The notes beneath the pieces were generated by a model. It had not been told where the DNA came from and did not search any database. It saw nothing but the letters and a program-made list of their open reading frames with translations. From Methanosarcinales archaeon ex4572_44 (GTDB lineage: Archaea; Halobacteriota; Methanosarcinia; Methanosarcinales; EX4572-44): 35,312 nt of DNA. The stretch is taken from assembly GCA_002254825.2 (NCBI GenBank), contig NJEL02000002.1, positions 1 through 35,312 on the forward strand, read 5' to 3'. Positions 1 through 9,538 of this stretch are shown here, piece after piece; position 1 is the first letter of the stretch; the number at the start of each line of letters is the position of its first letter. Position numbers and translations under genes: made by a program.

Positions 1-146
1 AGGTCAGGTATCTGTGGAGCAACCACAATATCAACACCCTGTTCCGAGACCTTTTCACAGATCCTTGCTATTTCAACTGCTTTTTTACCAACGGACTCTG
101 AATAAGTCTTGAAGTTTAGGACAATGACTGGACTACTCAAACTCAT
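1..146 (-). CDS. tpiA: triosephosphate isomerase (archaeal type), N-terminal fragment; gene continues beyond the window start
   Basis: Reverse-strand translation from ATG at 146..144 gives MSLSSPVIVLNFKTYSESVGKKAVEIARICEKVSEQGVDIVVAPQIPD. This matches the conserved archaeal TIM N-terminus (xINFKTYxExxGkxAxEIA...VAPQ). The ORF runs off the window edge, so it is absent from the supplied track. Confidence 0.8.
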   Translation of the reverse strand, partial: MSLSSPVIVLNFKTYSESVGKKAVEIARICEKVSEQGVDIVVAPQIPD

Positions 147-441
147 CAATACTCACCAAGTATCAAAACGGGGTTGACCAACTATAAACTTTCCGCCTTT
201 GAATCCAAACGGGACTGTTGACCAAATCAAATAAGCAACCAGAACAGAAATCGAAGATAATGATCACTATTATTCCTATTCCAGCCATTTCGCTGTGCTT
301 CTTTATTTCACAAGTATATTTTGATTATATACTAATCAAGAGAATCTTTCAGATCCCCATTAAAACCAAATAAGTTGAGAGCCCGGATCACGCGGTTGTC
401 TCAATATTGCAGCAAGCTTATTTAGCCTTACTGAGCGTCTG

Positions 442-449
442 TTTATATA
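442..449 (+). promoter_or_regulatory. archaeal TATA box (TTTATATA) for the PUA-domain gene
   Basis: Perfect TTTATATA octamer lies 43 nt upstream of the ATG at 492. A transcription start about 25 nt downstream would exclude the TTG/ATG at 459/465 used by the ORF track. Confidence 0.5.
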
Positions 450-491
450 TGTTAGTGTTTGGAGATGTTTTGTGTGAGATCGGATGAACTC

Positions 492-947
492 ATGAAGATC
501 CGACTGATTGCCGATTATCAGTTTGGACGTGGCACGGGCAGGCTGCTCTTTTCAGATGATGTTGCTGTGACTCACTCCAGAACAGGGCGCATCCGCCAGG
601 TATTCGAGGATGGCGAGCGGCTGGCAACTCTCCGTGCTCGCGATGGAATGCTCACCCTCAGTATCCGTGGCGCTGTAAAGCTTCACAAGTCCCTCCCATA
701 CCCCATAGTGCGGGTCGTGGTCAGTAGTGAAGCAGCACCTTTTGTTGCAGAGGGAAAAACTGCCTTTGCAAAGCATGCGATAGACGTCGATCCAGAGATT
801 CGTTCAGGCGAGGAAGTCCTGATCGTGAACGAGTCAGATGACCTGCTTGGTGTTGGAAAAGCACTGCTTGCACCCACTGAGATGCTCTCTGCCATGCGTG
901 GCGTTGGCGTAGAGACACGATTTGGAGTGGGAAAGATTGAAAAGTGA
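492..947 (+). CDS. stand-alone PUA-domain RNA-binding protein (ArcTGT C-terminal-domain-like)
   Basis: The ~150-aa product starts MKIRLIADYQFGRGTG. Its C-terminal PUA-like segment is EGKTAFAKHAIDVDPEIRSGEEVLIVNESDDLLGVGKALL. Start moved to ATG 492 because of the upstream TATA box. Confidence 0.7.
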   Translation: MKIRLIADYQFGRGTGRLLFSDDVAVTHSRTGRIRQVFEDGERLATLRARDGMLTLSIRGAVKLHKSLPYPIVRVVVSSEAAPFVAEGKTAFAKHAIDVDPEIRSGEEVLIVNESDDLLGVGKALLAPTEMLSAMRGVGVETRFGVGKIEK

Positions 948-1038
948 ATGGCTGCAGACTCGCTTTCCCCGGAACACGACAAGTTTTAAGTAGAGTCGAC
1001 TGCAAGTAAGGAGACTATACTTCAAGGTGACGTATTCA

Positions 1039-1482
1039 ATGGCAGATTTCAGAGTTGTAATTTCAGACCCTTCAACAGGGAAGTCGCATCAGGTTGAGGT
1101 GAGCGGAAGCCAGGCGAACAAATTCATCACACAGAGAATAGGTGATACAATCGAGGGGGATGCTGCCGGGCTTGGCGGTTACACCCTGAAGATCACAGGT
1201 GGGAGTGATAAAGATGGTTTTTCCATGCGTCCTGACCTACCAGGTCCAGCGAGGAGAAAGTTACTCGTATCAAAGAGCACAGGTTTCAAGCCAAAGAGGG
1301 CTGGCTTGCGCAGGAGAAAGGCTTACCGCGGCAGGGAGATCTCAAGTGAGACTGGTCAGATAAATCTCGTCGTAATCGAACACGGCAGAAAGACGGTAGA
1401 CGAGATATTCGCCCCACCACAAGAAGAAACAAAAGCAGAAGAGACAGGGGAAGCAATAGAAGAAATGGTGGGCGAGGAGTGA
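1039..1482 (+). CDS. rps6e: 30S ribosomal protein S6e
   Basis: MADFRVVISDPSTGKSHQVEV...LKITGGSDKDGFSMRPD is the S6e signature. An AAGGTGA Shine-Dalgarno sits 9 nt upstream of ATG 1039; the track's GTG 1027 is an alternative start. The protein has an acidic C-terminal tail. Confidence 0.9.
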   Translation: MADFRVVISDPSTGKSHQVEVSGSQANKFITQRIGDTIEGDAAGLGGYTLKITGGSDKDGFSMRPDLPGPARRKLLVSKSTGFKPKRAGLRRRKAYRGREISSETGQINLVVIEHGRKTVDEIFAPPQEETKAEETGEAIEEMVGEE

Positions 1483-2015
1483 ACACCTCTATAATTCAAT
1501 TTATAATCACTCAAGAAACGCGCCAATAACAGGAACCGTTGTCATCGCGCTTTGTAACTGTCATCTCCGAGCATTACAGCTTAGATGACATAGTCCATGG
1601 CGCCACTCTACAACCATACTATCGCGTAGTATTGCGGAAAAAAGTCTGTTGTTGTCAGTTGAATCAAGCTTTAGTTACGCTACTGCTGGTTTCGGATTAT
1701 GGTGTAGGCAAGATTTTTGCACTGAAACGGAGAGATCTCATAGCACTGGTTGTACACAATCTTTAAGTACGATGAGTTTGTTTGGATGGGTGTTGAAGCT
1801 GTCCATTTCCGAATGAGTGATTTCGGGTTGGATTTGTGAAGTGTATGGTTGGCTGACGGTGGCGTTGGGCTGATATGCCTGTGTGTGCTTATGTCAGGCT
1901 CTATTTGCGATGACCAAAAGCGTGTATTACGTTTGTTCAGTTGGATTATACATTTTTCTATGACTATTGTCATCGGTTTCATAGATAGATACATTGTAGT
2001 GAGAGGAGTTAAGAG

Positions 2016-3029
2016 ATGCCCACCATTCATAGACCGCGGCGCGGGTCACTGGCTTATAGTCCTAGGAAGAGAGCAAAGAGTGAAGTGCCGCAGATAAAAG
2101 CCTGGCCAGAGAGTGATGAGGTGAAGTTGTTGGGCTTTGCTGGTTATAAGGCTGGGATGAGCCATGTGGTGATGCTTGATAGTAAGCCGAACAGCCCGAC
2201 TGAGGGCATGGAAGTGTCTGTCTCTGCCACTGTGGTAGAGGTTCCTGAGATGCGGGTTGCGGCAATACGTGGATATGCTAATGGCACTCATGGAAAGAGG
2301 GTGGTAGGAGAGGCGTGGGCGAGAGAGCAGGATAAAGAACTTTCGAAGAGTTTTCGTGTTCCAGATGAGGGGAATGGGAAACAGTTGGAGGATCTGGAGA
2401 AGCTGGTTGAGTCCGGGGTGATCAGTGAGCTCCGAGCAGTTCTTCACACGCGTGCCCACAAGATTACAGGCATACCGAAGAAGAAGCCTGATCTGATGGA
2501 GACCGGTATCGGTGGTGGCGAGCCTATGGCGTCTTTTGAGTTTGCAAAATCGATTCTGGGAACAACGGTGAGGATAGGTGATCTCTTCAAGGCTGGTGAT
2601 ATCATCGATGTTGTTGCGGTGACAACTGGTAAAGGAACACAGGGTCCTGTGAAGCGTTGGGGTATCAGTCTAATGAAAAACAAGCATTCCAGGGCAGGTA
2701 GTAAAAGGCAGGTAGGAAATCTTGGGCCATGGAGTCCTGCACATGTGAGTTGGAGGGTTCCACAACTTGGACAGACTGGGTATCAGCAGAGAACCGATTT
2801 TAACAAGATGATACTCAAGATCGGGGATGGTGGTGAGGAGAATATAACGCCTTCGAACGGTTTCATAAATTATGGTGTTGTTAGGAATGAGTACGTCCTG
2901 ATCAAGGGCAGTGTACCAGGCCCTGTTAAAAGGCTTATACGGATGAGACACGCGATGAGGCCGAAGGGTGAGCCAGTGGAGCCGCAGATACTGAATATAA
3001 GCCTTAAGTCTACACAAGGGGTGGGATAG
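2016..3029 (+). CDS. rpl3: 50S ribosomal protein L3 (uL3)
   Basis: [14 protein letters not shown]...[11 protein letters not shown]...[13 protein letters not shown] motifs. GAGGAG lies upstream of the ATG. First gene of the conserved L3-L4-L23-L2 order. Confidence 0.95.
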   Translation: MPTIHRPRRGSLAYSPRKRAKSEVPQIKAWPESDEVKLLGFAGYKAGMSHVVMLDSKPNSPTEGMEVSVSATVVEVPEMRVAAIRGYANGTHGKRVVGEAWAREQDKELSKSFRVPDEGNGKQLEDLEKLVESGVISELRAVLHTRAHKITGIPKKKPDLMETGIGGGEPMASFEFAKSILGTTVRIGDLFKAGDIIDVVAVTTGKGTQGPVKRWGISLMKNKHSRAGSKRQVGNLGPWSPAHVSWRVPQLGQTGYQQRTDFNKMILKIGDGGEENITPSNGFINYGVVRNEYVLIKGSVPGPVKRLIRMRHAMRPKGEPVEPQILNISLKSTQGVG

Positions 3030-3030
3030 A

Positions 3031-3783
3031 ATGGAAGTAGCTGTCTTTGATCTTACAGGTGAAAAGGCGAGGGAGATCAGGTTGCCTCTGGTATTTATGG
3101 AAGCCTATAGGCCAGACTTAATCAAGAGGGCTGTTCTTGCGGCACAGGCAAATCGTCAACAGCCTTATGGTCCACACAGGTATGCTGGCATGAATACGTC
3201 TGCTGCGAGCTGGGGTGTTGGTCGTGGTGTTTCGAGGGTTCCGCGACTCACCAATGCAAGAAGAGCGGCGCGTGTTCCGCAGGCTGTCGGTGGACGACGT
3301 GCACATCCTCCGAAGCCTGAGGCGCTGAGGGGTGAGAAGGTTAACAGGAAAGAGCGGAGAAAAGCGATTGCTTCAGCGATAGCTGCAACATGTTCAGAGG
3401 AACTTGTGGAGAGGCGCGGTCACAGGTTTGCGGGAAGTCTTCCAATAGTGGTTGTGGACGAGCTTGAATCGCTGACCCGCACGAGTGATGTCCTGGATCT
3501 TGCAATGAAGATCAATGTTCATGATGATCTTATGAGAGCGAAAAATGGGAAGAAGGTTAGAGCCGGAAAGGGTAAGATGCGGGGCAGGAGATACAAGAGA
3601 CCGAAGAGTTTTCTGATAGTTGTTAGTGAGGACAGGGGTATCATCAGGGCCGGGAGAAACCTGCCTGGTGTTGACACTGTTACTGTTCAGCAGTTGAATG
3701 CAGAACTCCTTGCACCGGGCACGGTTGCTGGCAGACTGGTCATCTGGAGTGAGTCTGCAATACATCGCCTCGGGGAGGTATAA
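3031..3783 (+). CDS. rpl4: 50S ribosomal protein L4 (uL4)
   Basis: Position after rpl3, 250 aa, archaeal L4 motifs ([19 protein letters not shown]). Confidence 0.93.
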   Translation: MEVAVFDLTGEKAREIRLPLVFMEAYRPDLIKRAVLAAQANRQQPYGPHRYAGMNTSAASWGVGRGVSRVPRLTNARRAARVPQAVGGRRAHPPKPEALRGEKVNRKERRKAIASAIAATCSEELVERRGHRFAGSLPIVVVDELESLTRTSDVLDLAMKINVHDDLMRAKNGKKVRAGKGKMRGRRYKRPKSFLIVVSEDRGIIRAGRNLPGVDTVTVQQLNAELLAPGTVAGRLVIWSESAIHRLGEV

Positions 3784-3786
3784 CGG

Positions 3787-4038
3787 ATGAAAGCGATCAA
3801 GTATCCATTTATCACAGAGAAGGCGACACTGCATATAGATGATGATAACAAGCTCCATTTCATGGTTGACATCAACACAACAAAACGCGAGATACAACGT
3901 GAGGTTGAGAAGCTATACGATGTTGATGTGGCAGATATAAACACTATGATAACACCCAAGGGCAAGAAGAAAGCGATTGTAACATTTACAGAAGCAGGCA
4001 CTGCAAGTGAGCTTGCATCAAGACTTGGAATATTCTAA
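3787..4038 (+). CDS. rpl23: 50S ribosomal protein L23 (uL23)
   Basis: 83 aa; IKYPFITEKA...FMVDINTTKREIQREVEKLYDVDV is typical L23. Conserved operon position. Confidence 0.93.
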   Translation: MKAIKYPFITEKATLHIDDDNKLHFMVDINTTKREIQREVEKLYDVDVADINTMITPKGKKKAIVTFTEAGTASELASRLGIF

Positions 4039-4062
4039 ACGAAAGATGGTTGTGATGATTAT

Positions 4063-4779
4063 ATGGGAAAGAGAATAATTGCACAGAGCAGGGGTAAAGG
4101 CTCTCCCACGTACAAAGCACCCTCTCACAAGTTCAAAGCAGACCTTGAACACATCAAAACAAGGCAGGGTGAGACGGTCAAAGGCAGGATAGTGGAGCTC
4201 GTTCATGATACTGCACGTTCAGCCCCCATAGCAAAAGTTCAGCTCTCGAACAGAGAACAACACTTCATACTTGCGCCCGAAGGCGTCTCGGTTGGCGATG
4301 AGATAGCCTGTGGGGCATCGGCAGAGATCAAACAGGGCAACACGCTACCGATCTCGATGATCCCTGAAGGCATGCCGATCTGTAACGTTGAGAATCGACC
4401 ATGGGACGGTGGACGGTTTGCACGTGCATCAGGGACTTATGCAGTCCTGGTGGCTCACGATTCAGAGAAGACAGTCGTTCGGCTGCCGAGTGGCGGGATG
4501 AAATGGCTGGATCATAAGTGTCGTGCAACGATTGGGGTTGTTGCTGGTGGCGGAAGAGTGGAAAATCCACTCTTAAAGGCAGGAAAGAAGTTTCATAAGC
4601 TTAAAGCGCGAGCCAGAAAATGGCCAAGAGTTTCAGGTGTTGCGATGAACGCCGTTGACCATCCATTTGGTGGTGGTGGACGACAGCACGTAGGGCTTCC
4701 GACAACTGTGAGCAGGAACGCTCCACCAGGGCGAAAGGTCGGCTCGATTGCAGCAAGAAGAACAGGCAAGAGGCGGTAA
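4063..4779 (+). CDS. rpl2: 50S ribosomal protein L2 (uL2)
   Basis: [21 protein letters not shown]...[17 protein letters not shown] signature. Confidence 0.96.
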   Translation: MGKRIIAQSRGKGSPTYKAPSHKFKADLEHIKTRQGETVKGRIVELVHDTARSAPIAKVQLSNREQHFILAPEGVSVGDEIACGASAEIKQGNTLPISMIPEGMPICNVENRPWDGGRFARASGTYAVLVAHDSEKTVVRLPSGGMKWLDHKCRATIGVVAGGGRVENPLLKAGKKFHKLKARARKWPRVSGVAMNAVDHPFGGGGRQHVGLPTTVSRNAPPGRKVGSIAARRTGKRR

Positions 4780-4783
4780 AATT

Positions 4784-5194
4784 ATGGCAAAGAAGGGAGC
4801 GACACGATTACCGAAGAGAAAGGGCGAGTTCACGTATCGCGGCAAGCTAATGGAAGAACTGAAAAGTATGAGTATCGAAGAGTTTGCAGAAATAGTCAAT
4901 GCCCGCCCGCGAAGAAGCCTCAAGCGAGGCTTGTCTGATGATGAGAAAAAAGTGCTTGATAAGCTCAGAAGTGACGGGGTGGTACGCACACACCTTCGAG
5001 AGATGATAATACTCCCTGAGATGGTGGATCGGAAGATCTCGGTTTATAGCGGAAGGGAGTTTGTATCCGTAACAATACAGCCAGAGATGCTTGGACACCG
5101 CCTAGGAGAGTTTGCATCCACGAGAAAAATGGTGAGGCACGGCTCGGCAGGCGTTGGAGCAACCAAGTCCAGCAAGTTCGTACCGTTGAAGTGA
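4784..5194 (+). CDS. rps19: 30S ribosomal protein S19 (uS19)
   Basis: [21 protein letters not shown]...[12 protein letters not shown]...[15 protein letters not shown] 4784 lies 5 nt after the rpl2 stop. The track's upstream extension overlaps rpl2 and is discarded. Confidence 0.93.
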   Translation: MAKKGATRLPKRKGEFTYRGKLMEELKSMSIEEFAEIVNARPRRSLKRGLSDDEKKVLDKLRSDGVVRTHLREMIILPEMVDRKISVYSGREFVSVTIQPEMLGHRLGEFASTRKMVRHGSAGVGATKSSKFVPLK

Positions 5195-5206
5195 GGTGAA
5201 AAATAC

Positions 5207-5656
5207 TTGGCAAGGGTTAACTACTCAGTTGAAGCAGATCCCAATAATACTGCACGGGCAATGGGCTATGAGTTGCACATATCACCCAAGAAGTCAATAG
5301 AGCTCTGCAATACGCTGCGTGGCATGAAAACAACTACGGCAGGAGTTTTTCTTGAAGATGTTATCAACATGAGAAGACCTGTACCGTTCAAGAAATACAC
5401 CGCGGGTGCAGGGCACAAACCAGGCATGGGGTCTGGAAAATACCCTGTCAAGGTTGCGCGGGAGATACAGAGGTTGCTGGTGAGTGCAGAGGAGAATGCC
5501 AGATACAAGGGACTTGATCCTGAAGAGATGAAGATCATGCATATAGCAGTTAGAAAAGGTCGTGTTATACGTGGTTTCATGCCACGTGCAATGGGTCGTG
5601 CGACACCCAAGAATACAGAGACTGTGACGATTGAGATAATACTTCAGGAGGTATGA
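5207..5656 (+). CDS. rpl22: 50S ribosomal protein L22 (uL22)
   Basis: Conserved position and L22 motifs (ARAMGYELHISPKKSIELCNTLRG). TTG start preceded by GAGGTGA (5192-5198) at 8-nt spacing. Confidence 0.9.
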   Translation: MARVNYSVEADPNNTARAMGYELHISPKKSIELCNTLRGMKTTTAGVFLEDVINMRRPVPFKKYTAGAGHKPGMGSGKYPVKVAREIQRLLVSAEENARYKGLDPEEMKIMHIAVRKGRVIRGFMPRAMGRATPKNTETVTIEIILQEV

Positions 5657-5662
5657 TTCAAG

Positions 5663-6574
5663 ATGGGTAGTGAGAAAAAATTTGTCCAGGAGGGTATAAA
5701 TCGGGCGCAGATTACAGAATATTTCATAAAACAACTGGATCGTGCCGGTTATGGTGGGATGACCATCAGCAGAACGCCTATGGGCACACAGATAACCGTC
5801 TTTGCAGAGAAACCCGGAATAATTATAGGAAAGGGTGGGCGCACGATCAGAAAGCTGACATCGGACGTAGCAGAACTATTCAATATGGACAATCCACAGA
5901 TCGATGTTCAGGAAGTGAAAGTTCCAGAGCTGAATGCCCAGATGATGGCGACACGGCTTGCAAATGCATTGGAACGTGGGATCTACTTCAGAAAAGCTGG
6001 CCATAACATGCTTCGACGGATCATGGAGTCAGGTGCTCTTGGTTGTGAGATTATTACTTCGGGTAAGTTCACTGGTTCGCGATCACGTGTCCAGAAATTT
6101 GTTGCAGGTAATATCTTGCATGCTGGAAAGCCTGCCGAGGAACTGGTTGACGATGGTTTTGCAACAGCGATCAAGAAGCTTGGGACAATCGGTTGCCGGG
6201 TGCGAATAATCCCGCCTGGTGTGGAGATTCCTGGTCAGTTCCATACAACTCCAAGAACGGTTGAAGAGGTCTCCACTGAACCTGAAAAGCCTGCCGGGGT
6301 TGTTGAGATACTGGACGAGGCAAAGGCTGAAACAACAATTGAAGAGGAGATTATAGCTGAATCACCACCTGATACAGTTGTCGAAACACCTATCGAAACG
6401 ACAGAACCTGAAAGAGAAGAAGTTAAAGCTGATCTTGAAGAGGAGGTTGTGGTTGAGGTGCCTGGCGAGGCAGATGAAGAGACACGTATGCGTGGCGAGG
6501 TGCTTGAACACAAACACAAGGAGTATGATTATTGGCACCCTGTGAGCAGGGTCCATAAGAAAGAGGCGGAGTGA
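5663..6574 (+). CDS. rps3: 30S ribosomal protein S3 (uS3) with long acidic C-terminal extension
   Basis: KH-domain core ([17 protein letters not shown]...[14 protein letters not shown]). It is followed by ~100 aa of E/T/V-rich sequence. Confidence 0.94.
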   Translation: MGSEKKFVQEGINRAQITEYFIKQLDRAGYGGMTISRTPMGTQITVFAEKPGIIIGKGGRTIRKLTSDVAELFNMDNPQIDVQEVKVPELNAQMMATRLANALERGIYFRKAGHNMLRRIMESGALGCEIITSGKFTGSRSRVQKFVAGNILHAGKPAEELVDDGFATAIKKLGTIGCRVRIIPPGVEIPGQFHTTPRTVEEVSTEPEKPAGVVEILDEAKAETTIEEEIIAESPPDTVVETPIETTEPEREEVKADLEEEVVVEVPGEADEETRMRGEVLEHKHKEYDYWHPVSRVHKKEAE

Positions 6575-6576
6575 AA

Positions 6577-6774
6577 ATGGCGATACTCAGACCAGATGAG
6601 ATTAGGAACATGAGCCGCGAAGAAATCGCTGACGAGCTTCTGAAACTGGAGAGCGATCTTGTGACCGAGAGGGCTCTGGCATCTGCGGGCGGTGCACCAG
6701 AGAAACCAGGCCGTATACAAGAGATCAGAAGAACCATAGCCAGGATCAAGACAATACAGGGCGGGATGAGATGA
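6577..6774 (+). CDS. rpl29: 50S ribosomal protein L29 (uL29)
   Basis: [28 protein letters not shown] is typical L29. GTG 6571, overlapping the rps3 stop, is an alternative start. Confidence 0.9.
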   Translation: MAILRPDEIRNMSREEIADELLKLESDLVTERALASAGGAPEKPGRIQEIRRTIARIKTIQGGMR

Positions 6775-7058
6775 AGATAACACCCTATAATCTGATATAC
6801 CATGAATTGATCGGGCTCAACCTAGCAGTAGCACGAAGCACAAACCCTTCTCAAGAGAGGATCAGCGGAATGGTTGTGGGCGAGACAAAGAACACACTCA
6901 TGATCGATACAGGTTGTGGCGAGAAGCAGATTCAGAAGAAGCACAACATATTTCACTTCAATCTCGAAGATCAGGTGGTATCGGTTGCGGGGAGCCTGCT
7001 CGTATCACGACCAGAAAACCGAATAAAAAAGAAGGGTAAGAGATATAAATTGAATTAA
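6771..7058 (+). CDS. rnp1: ribonuclease P protein component 1 (Rpp29/Pop4 homologue)
   Basis: [35 protein letters not shown] motif. Canonical archaeal position between rpl29 and rps17. ATGA overlap with the rpl29 stop. Confidence 0.88.
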   Translation: MKITPYNLIYHELIGLNLAVARSTNPSQERISGMVVGETKNTLMIDTGCGEKQIQKKHNIFHFNLEDQVVSVAGSLLVSRPENRIKKKGKRYKLN

Positions 7059-7071
7059 TGTGGTATTCACT

Positions 7072-7398
7072 ATGACGAGAGATATTGGACTTGATATTCA
7101 ATCACCAGAGAAGGAGTGTGATGATGTGAAATGCCCGTTTCATGGAAGGCTCTCAGTGCGTGGGAGTCTCCTGGACGGTGTCGTGATCAGCTCCAGGATG
7201 GAGAGAACTGTTGTGGTGGAGCGGACATTTGAGAGGAAGATTCAAAAATACGAGCGATTCGAGAAACGCAGAAGCAGGATTCATGCTCATAACCCGCCAT
7301 GCATCGATGCCGTGGAGGGTGATCGTGTTCGCATAGCAGAGTGCCGCCCCTTAAGTAAGACCAAGAGCTTTGTTGTGGTGGAGGTGCAGGAGAGATGA
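7072..7398 (+). CDS. rps17: 30S ribosomal protein S17 (uS17)
   Basis: [27 protein letters not shown]...[15 protein letters not shown] signature. ATG 7072 preferred over the track's GTG 7060. Confidence 0.92.
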   Translation: MTRDIGLDIQSPEKECDDVKCPFHGRLSVRGSLLDGVVISSRMERTVVVERTFERKIQKYERFEKRRSRIHAHNPPCIDAVEGDRVRIAECRPLSKTKSFVVVEVQER

Positions 7399-7793
7399 GG
7401 GGGCTTAAGGCAGCGATCCCACGATCATTGAACTCCTCTTCACGGATTGCCTGTGCAGATAATACAGGTGCACGTGTTGTTGAACTCATATCGGTCAGGG
7501 GTTATCGCGGTGTCAAGAACAGACATCCGTGTGCGGGGATAGGTGACATGATAGTCGCATCTGTTAAGAAGGGCACACCTGAGATGCGAAAACAGATTGT
7601 CAACGCTGTTGTGATACGCCAGAAGAAGGAGTTCAGACGACCTAACGGGACACGGGTATCCTTTGAGGATAATGCTGTTGTGATCACTGATGAGTCAGGT
7701 ATTCCGAAGGGCAGTGAGATAAAAGGGCCTGTTGCGAGAGAGGTTGCGGATAGATTTGGAAAGATTGCATCCACTGCCACGATAGTTGTATGA
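7395..7793 (+). CDS. rpl14: 50S ribosomal protein L14 (uL14)
   Basis: [23 protein letters not shown]...NAVVIT motifs. ATGA overlap with rps17. Confidence 0.96.
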   Translation: MRGLKAAIPRSLNSSSRIACADNTGARVVELISVRGYRGVKNRHPCAGIGDMIVASVKKGTPEMRKQIVNAVVIRQKKEFRRPNGTRVSFEDNAVVITDESGIPKGSEIKGPVAREVADRFGKIASTATIVV

Positions 7794-7803
7794 GGGATAA
7801 TTG

Positions 7804-8166
7804 ATGATAGCAAGTAAACAGTCTGGAAAACAGAGAAAAGCACGTTTTACAGCACCACTTCACCAGAGGAACAGATTGATGAGTGCAATGATCTCAAGGG
7901 ATCTCAGGGAGAAACATGGGAGAAAGAGCCTTCCTGTCCGATTGGACGATACTGTCCGGGTGATGCGTGGGAATTATGCAGGTACTGAGGGAAAGGTTGT
8001 GGCAGTGAATCGCAAGAAGTATACTATTGCAGTTGAAGGTGTGGTATCTGTAAAGGCCGATGGAACAGAAGTTGCGCGTCCCATTCACCCATCCAATGTG
8101 ATGATCACCAAACTGAATCTTGAGGACGGAGAGCGAAAAGAGATACTTGAGAGGAGTGGAAGATGA
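7804..8166 (+). CDS. rpl24: 50S ribosomal protein L24 (uL24)
   Basis: KQRKARFTAPLHQR...DDTVRVMRGNYAGTEGKV (KOW motif). TTG 7801 is an alternative start. Confidence 0.93.
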   Translation: MIASKQSGKQRKARFTAPLHQRNRLMSAMISRDLREKHGRKSLPVRLDDTVRVMRGNYAGTEGKVVAVNRKKYTIAVEGVVSVKADGTEVARPIHPSNVMITKLNLEDGERKEILERSGR

Positions 8167-8870
8167 GCAGACACCAGAAGAGAGTGGCAGCACCAAAGAG
8201 CTGGCCAATACCGAGAAAGACCAAGGTTTGGGTAGTCAAGTCGAATCCAGGACCGCACAGTGAAGTTAAGAGCATACCACTTGGGGTGATTATACGAGAC
8301 ATGCTCGGTCTTGCAAAAACGCTTCGAGAGGTAAAGAAGATCTTGCATGATGGAAGCGTCCTTGTTGATGGCGGTGTGCGCAGGGACTACAAGTTCCCGG
8401 TAGGACTCTTCGATGTCATAGCGATTCCGAAGATGGATAAGTATTACAGAATGCTTCTGGATCGACGAGGGCGGCTGGAGCTTCGAAGCCTTGAAGGCTC
8501 GGATACAAAAAAACTGTGCAAAGTTGTGAACAAGACCGTGTTGCCAGGCGGAAGGGTCCAGTTGAACCTGCACGATGGAACCAATCTGCTTGCAACGAAC
8601 GAGTACGGGACAGGAGACTCTTTGATCCTGTCACTACCAAGTAAGGAGATATTCAAACACCTCGAGTTCACAGAAGGGAACACTGCCATGATCATAGGTG
8701 GCAAGCACTCTGGAGAGATTGGTACGATTGCTGGAAAGCGTGTTGTGCACGGCTCAGCCTCTAACATGGTAACAGTTACGATTGGTGAACGAGAGGTTGA
8801 AACACTTGAGAGATACGTTTATGTGATAGGCGAGGATAAGCCAGAGATAATGATCGGGAGTTCACTATGA
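8163..8870 (+). CDS. rps4e: 30S ribosomal protein S4e
   Basis: SRHQKRVAAPKSWPIPRKTKVWV...DVI signature. ATGA overlap with rpl24. Confidence 0.95.
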   Translation: MSRHQKRVAAPKSWPIPRKTKVWVVKSNPGPHSEVKSIPLGVIIRDMLGLAKTLREVKKILHDGSVLVDGGVRRDYKFPVGLFDVIAIPKMDKYYRMLLDRRGRLELRSLEGSDTKKLCKVVNKTVLPGGRVQLNLHDGTNLLATNEYGTGDSLILSLPSKEIFKHLEFTEGNTAMIIGGKHSGEIGTIAGKRVVHGSASNMVTVTIGEREVETLERYVYVIGEDKPEIMIGSSL

Positions 8871-9376
8871 ATAACCCTATGCTGAGACCACGGATTGACA
8901 AAGTCACCGTCCACATCGGTGTGGGCGAGAGCGGTGAGCGGCTGGCAAGTGCAGAGAAGATCATGAGCGGCATAACCAGTGGTACACCTGTGCGAACCCA
9001 TGCAAAGAAGACACTGCCAGGATTTGGCATTAAAAAGAGAGAACCTATAGGTTGTAAAACAACGCTCAGGGGAAAAACCGCAGAAGAATTCCTCAAAACA
9101 TGCCTCAAAATAAACGAGAACAGGCTTGCAGTAGACCAGTTTGACGATAATGGAAACTTTGCCTTCGGTATCGAAGAGCACACCGATTTCCCAGGGATGA
9201 AGTACGACCCCAATATCGGTATCTTCGGCATGGACGTGATCGTAGCGGTCAAAAGGCCAGGTTATCGGGTCAAGCGAAGACGTGTGCAGAGATCAAAAGT
9301 ACCAACAAGGCATAAGCTCACACCAGAGGACTCCATCGCCCATATAAGAGAAGAGTTCAAGGTCGAGGTGATATAG
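8867..9376 (+). CDS. rpl5: 50S ribosomal protein L5 (uL5)
   Basis: NPMLRPRIDKVTVHIGVGESGE...FGIEEHTDFPGMKYDPNIGIFGMDV signature. ATGA overlap with rps4e. TAG stop at 9374-9376. Confidence 0.96.
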   Translation: MNNPMLRPRIDKVTVHIGVGESGERLASAEKIMSGITSGTPVRTHAKKTLPGFGIKKREPIGCKTTLRGKTAEEFLKTCLKINENRLAVDQFDDNGNFAFGIEEHTDFPGMKYDPNIGIFGMDVIVAVKRPGYRVKRRRVQRSKVPTRHKLTPEDSIAHIREEFKVEVI

Positions 9377-9523
9377 ATTAGCGATAAGAAATTCGGGCGT
9401 GGCGCCAATCAATGTCGGCGCTGTGGTCGCAAACAGGGGCTTATTAGACGATATAACCTGTATCTCTGTAGACAATGCTTCAGAGAGATAGCAAGCGAGA
9501 TAGGTTTTGAAAAATACAGATGA
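9377..9523 (+). CDS. rps14: 30S ribosomal protein S14 (uS14, zinc-binding short type)
   Basis: Not in the ORF track (<60 aa). The frame directly after the rpl5 stop reads [48 protein letters not shown], with CxxC...CxxC. It sits in the canonical position between rpl5 and rps8. No canonical in-frame start exists; ATT 9377 is assumed (see findings). Confidence 0.85.
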   Translation: MSDKKFGRGANQCRRCGRKQGLIRRYNLYLCRQCFREIASEIGFEKYR

Positions 9524-9538
9524 GGTGACGTTTTATAG

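Noticed and set aside
1539-2097. Three ORFs (75, 116, 82 aa) inside the rps6e-rpl3 gap
   Set aside because: They mostly rely on alternative start codons, have implausible composition (Cys runs, no motifs) and overlap one another. The gap is treated as non-coding, and its unusual length is reported as a finding instead.
4748-4783. N-terminal extension of the rps19 ORF (and similar track extensions at 459, 7060, 20898, 20045, 20407, 31713)
   Set aside because: These extensions overlap the preceding gene. Each is replaced by an internal ATG that either directly abuts or overlaps the upstream stop or matches the conserved protein N-terminus.
9368-9376. Idea that the TAG ending rpl5 is decoded (for example as pyrrolysine), with S14 initiating at GTG 9368 or being made as an L5-S14 fusion
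   Set aside because: L5 ends at its normal conserved C-terminus and there is no evidence of a recoding element. A near-cognate start or reinitiation, or a base-call error, is the simpler explanation. It is kept only as a remote alternative in the rps14 finding.
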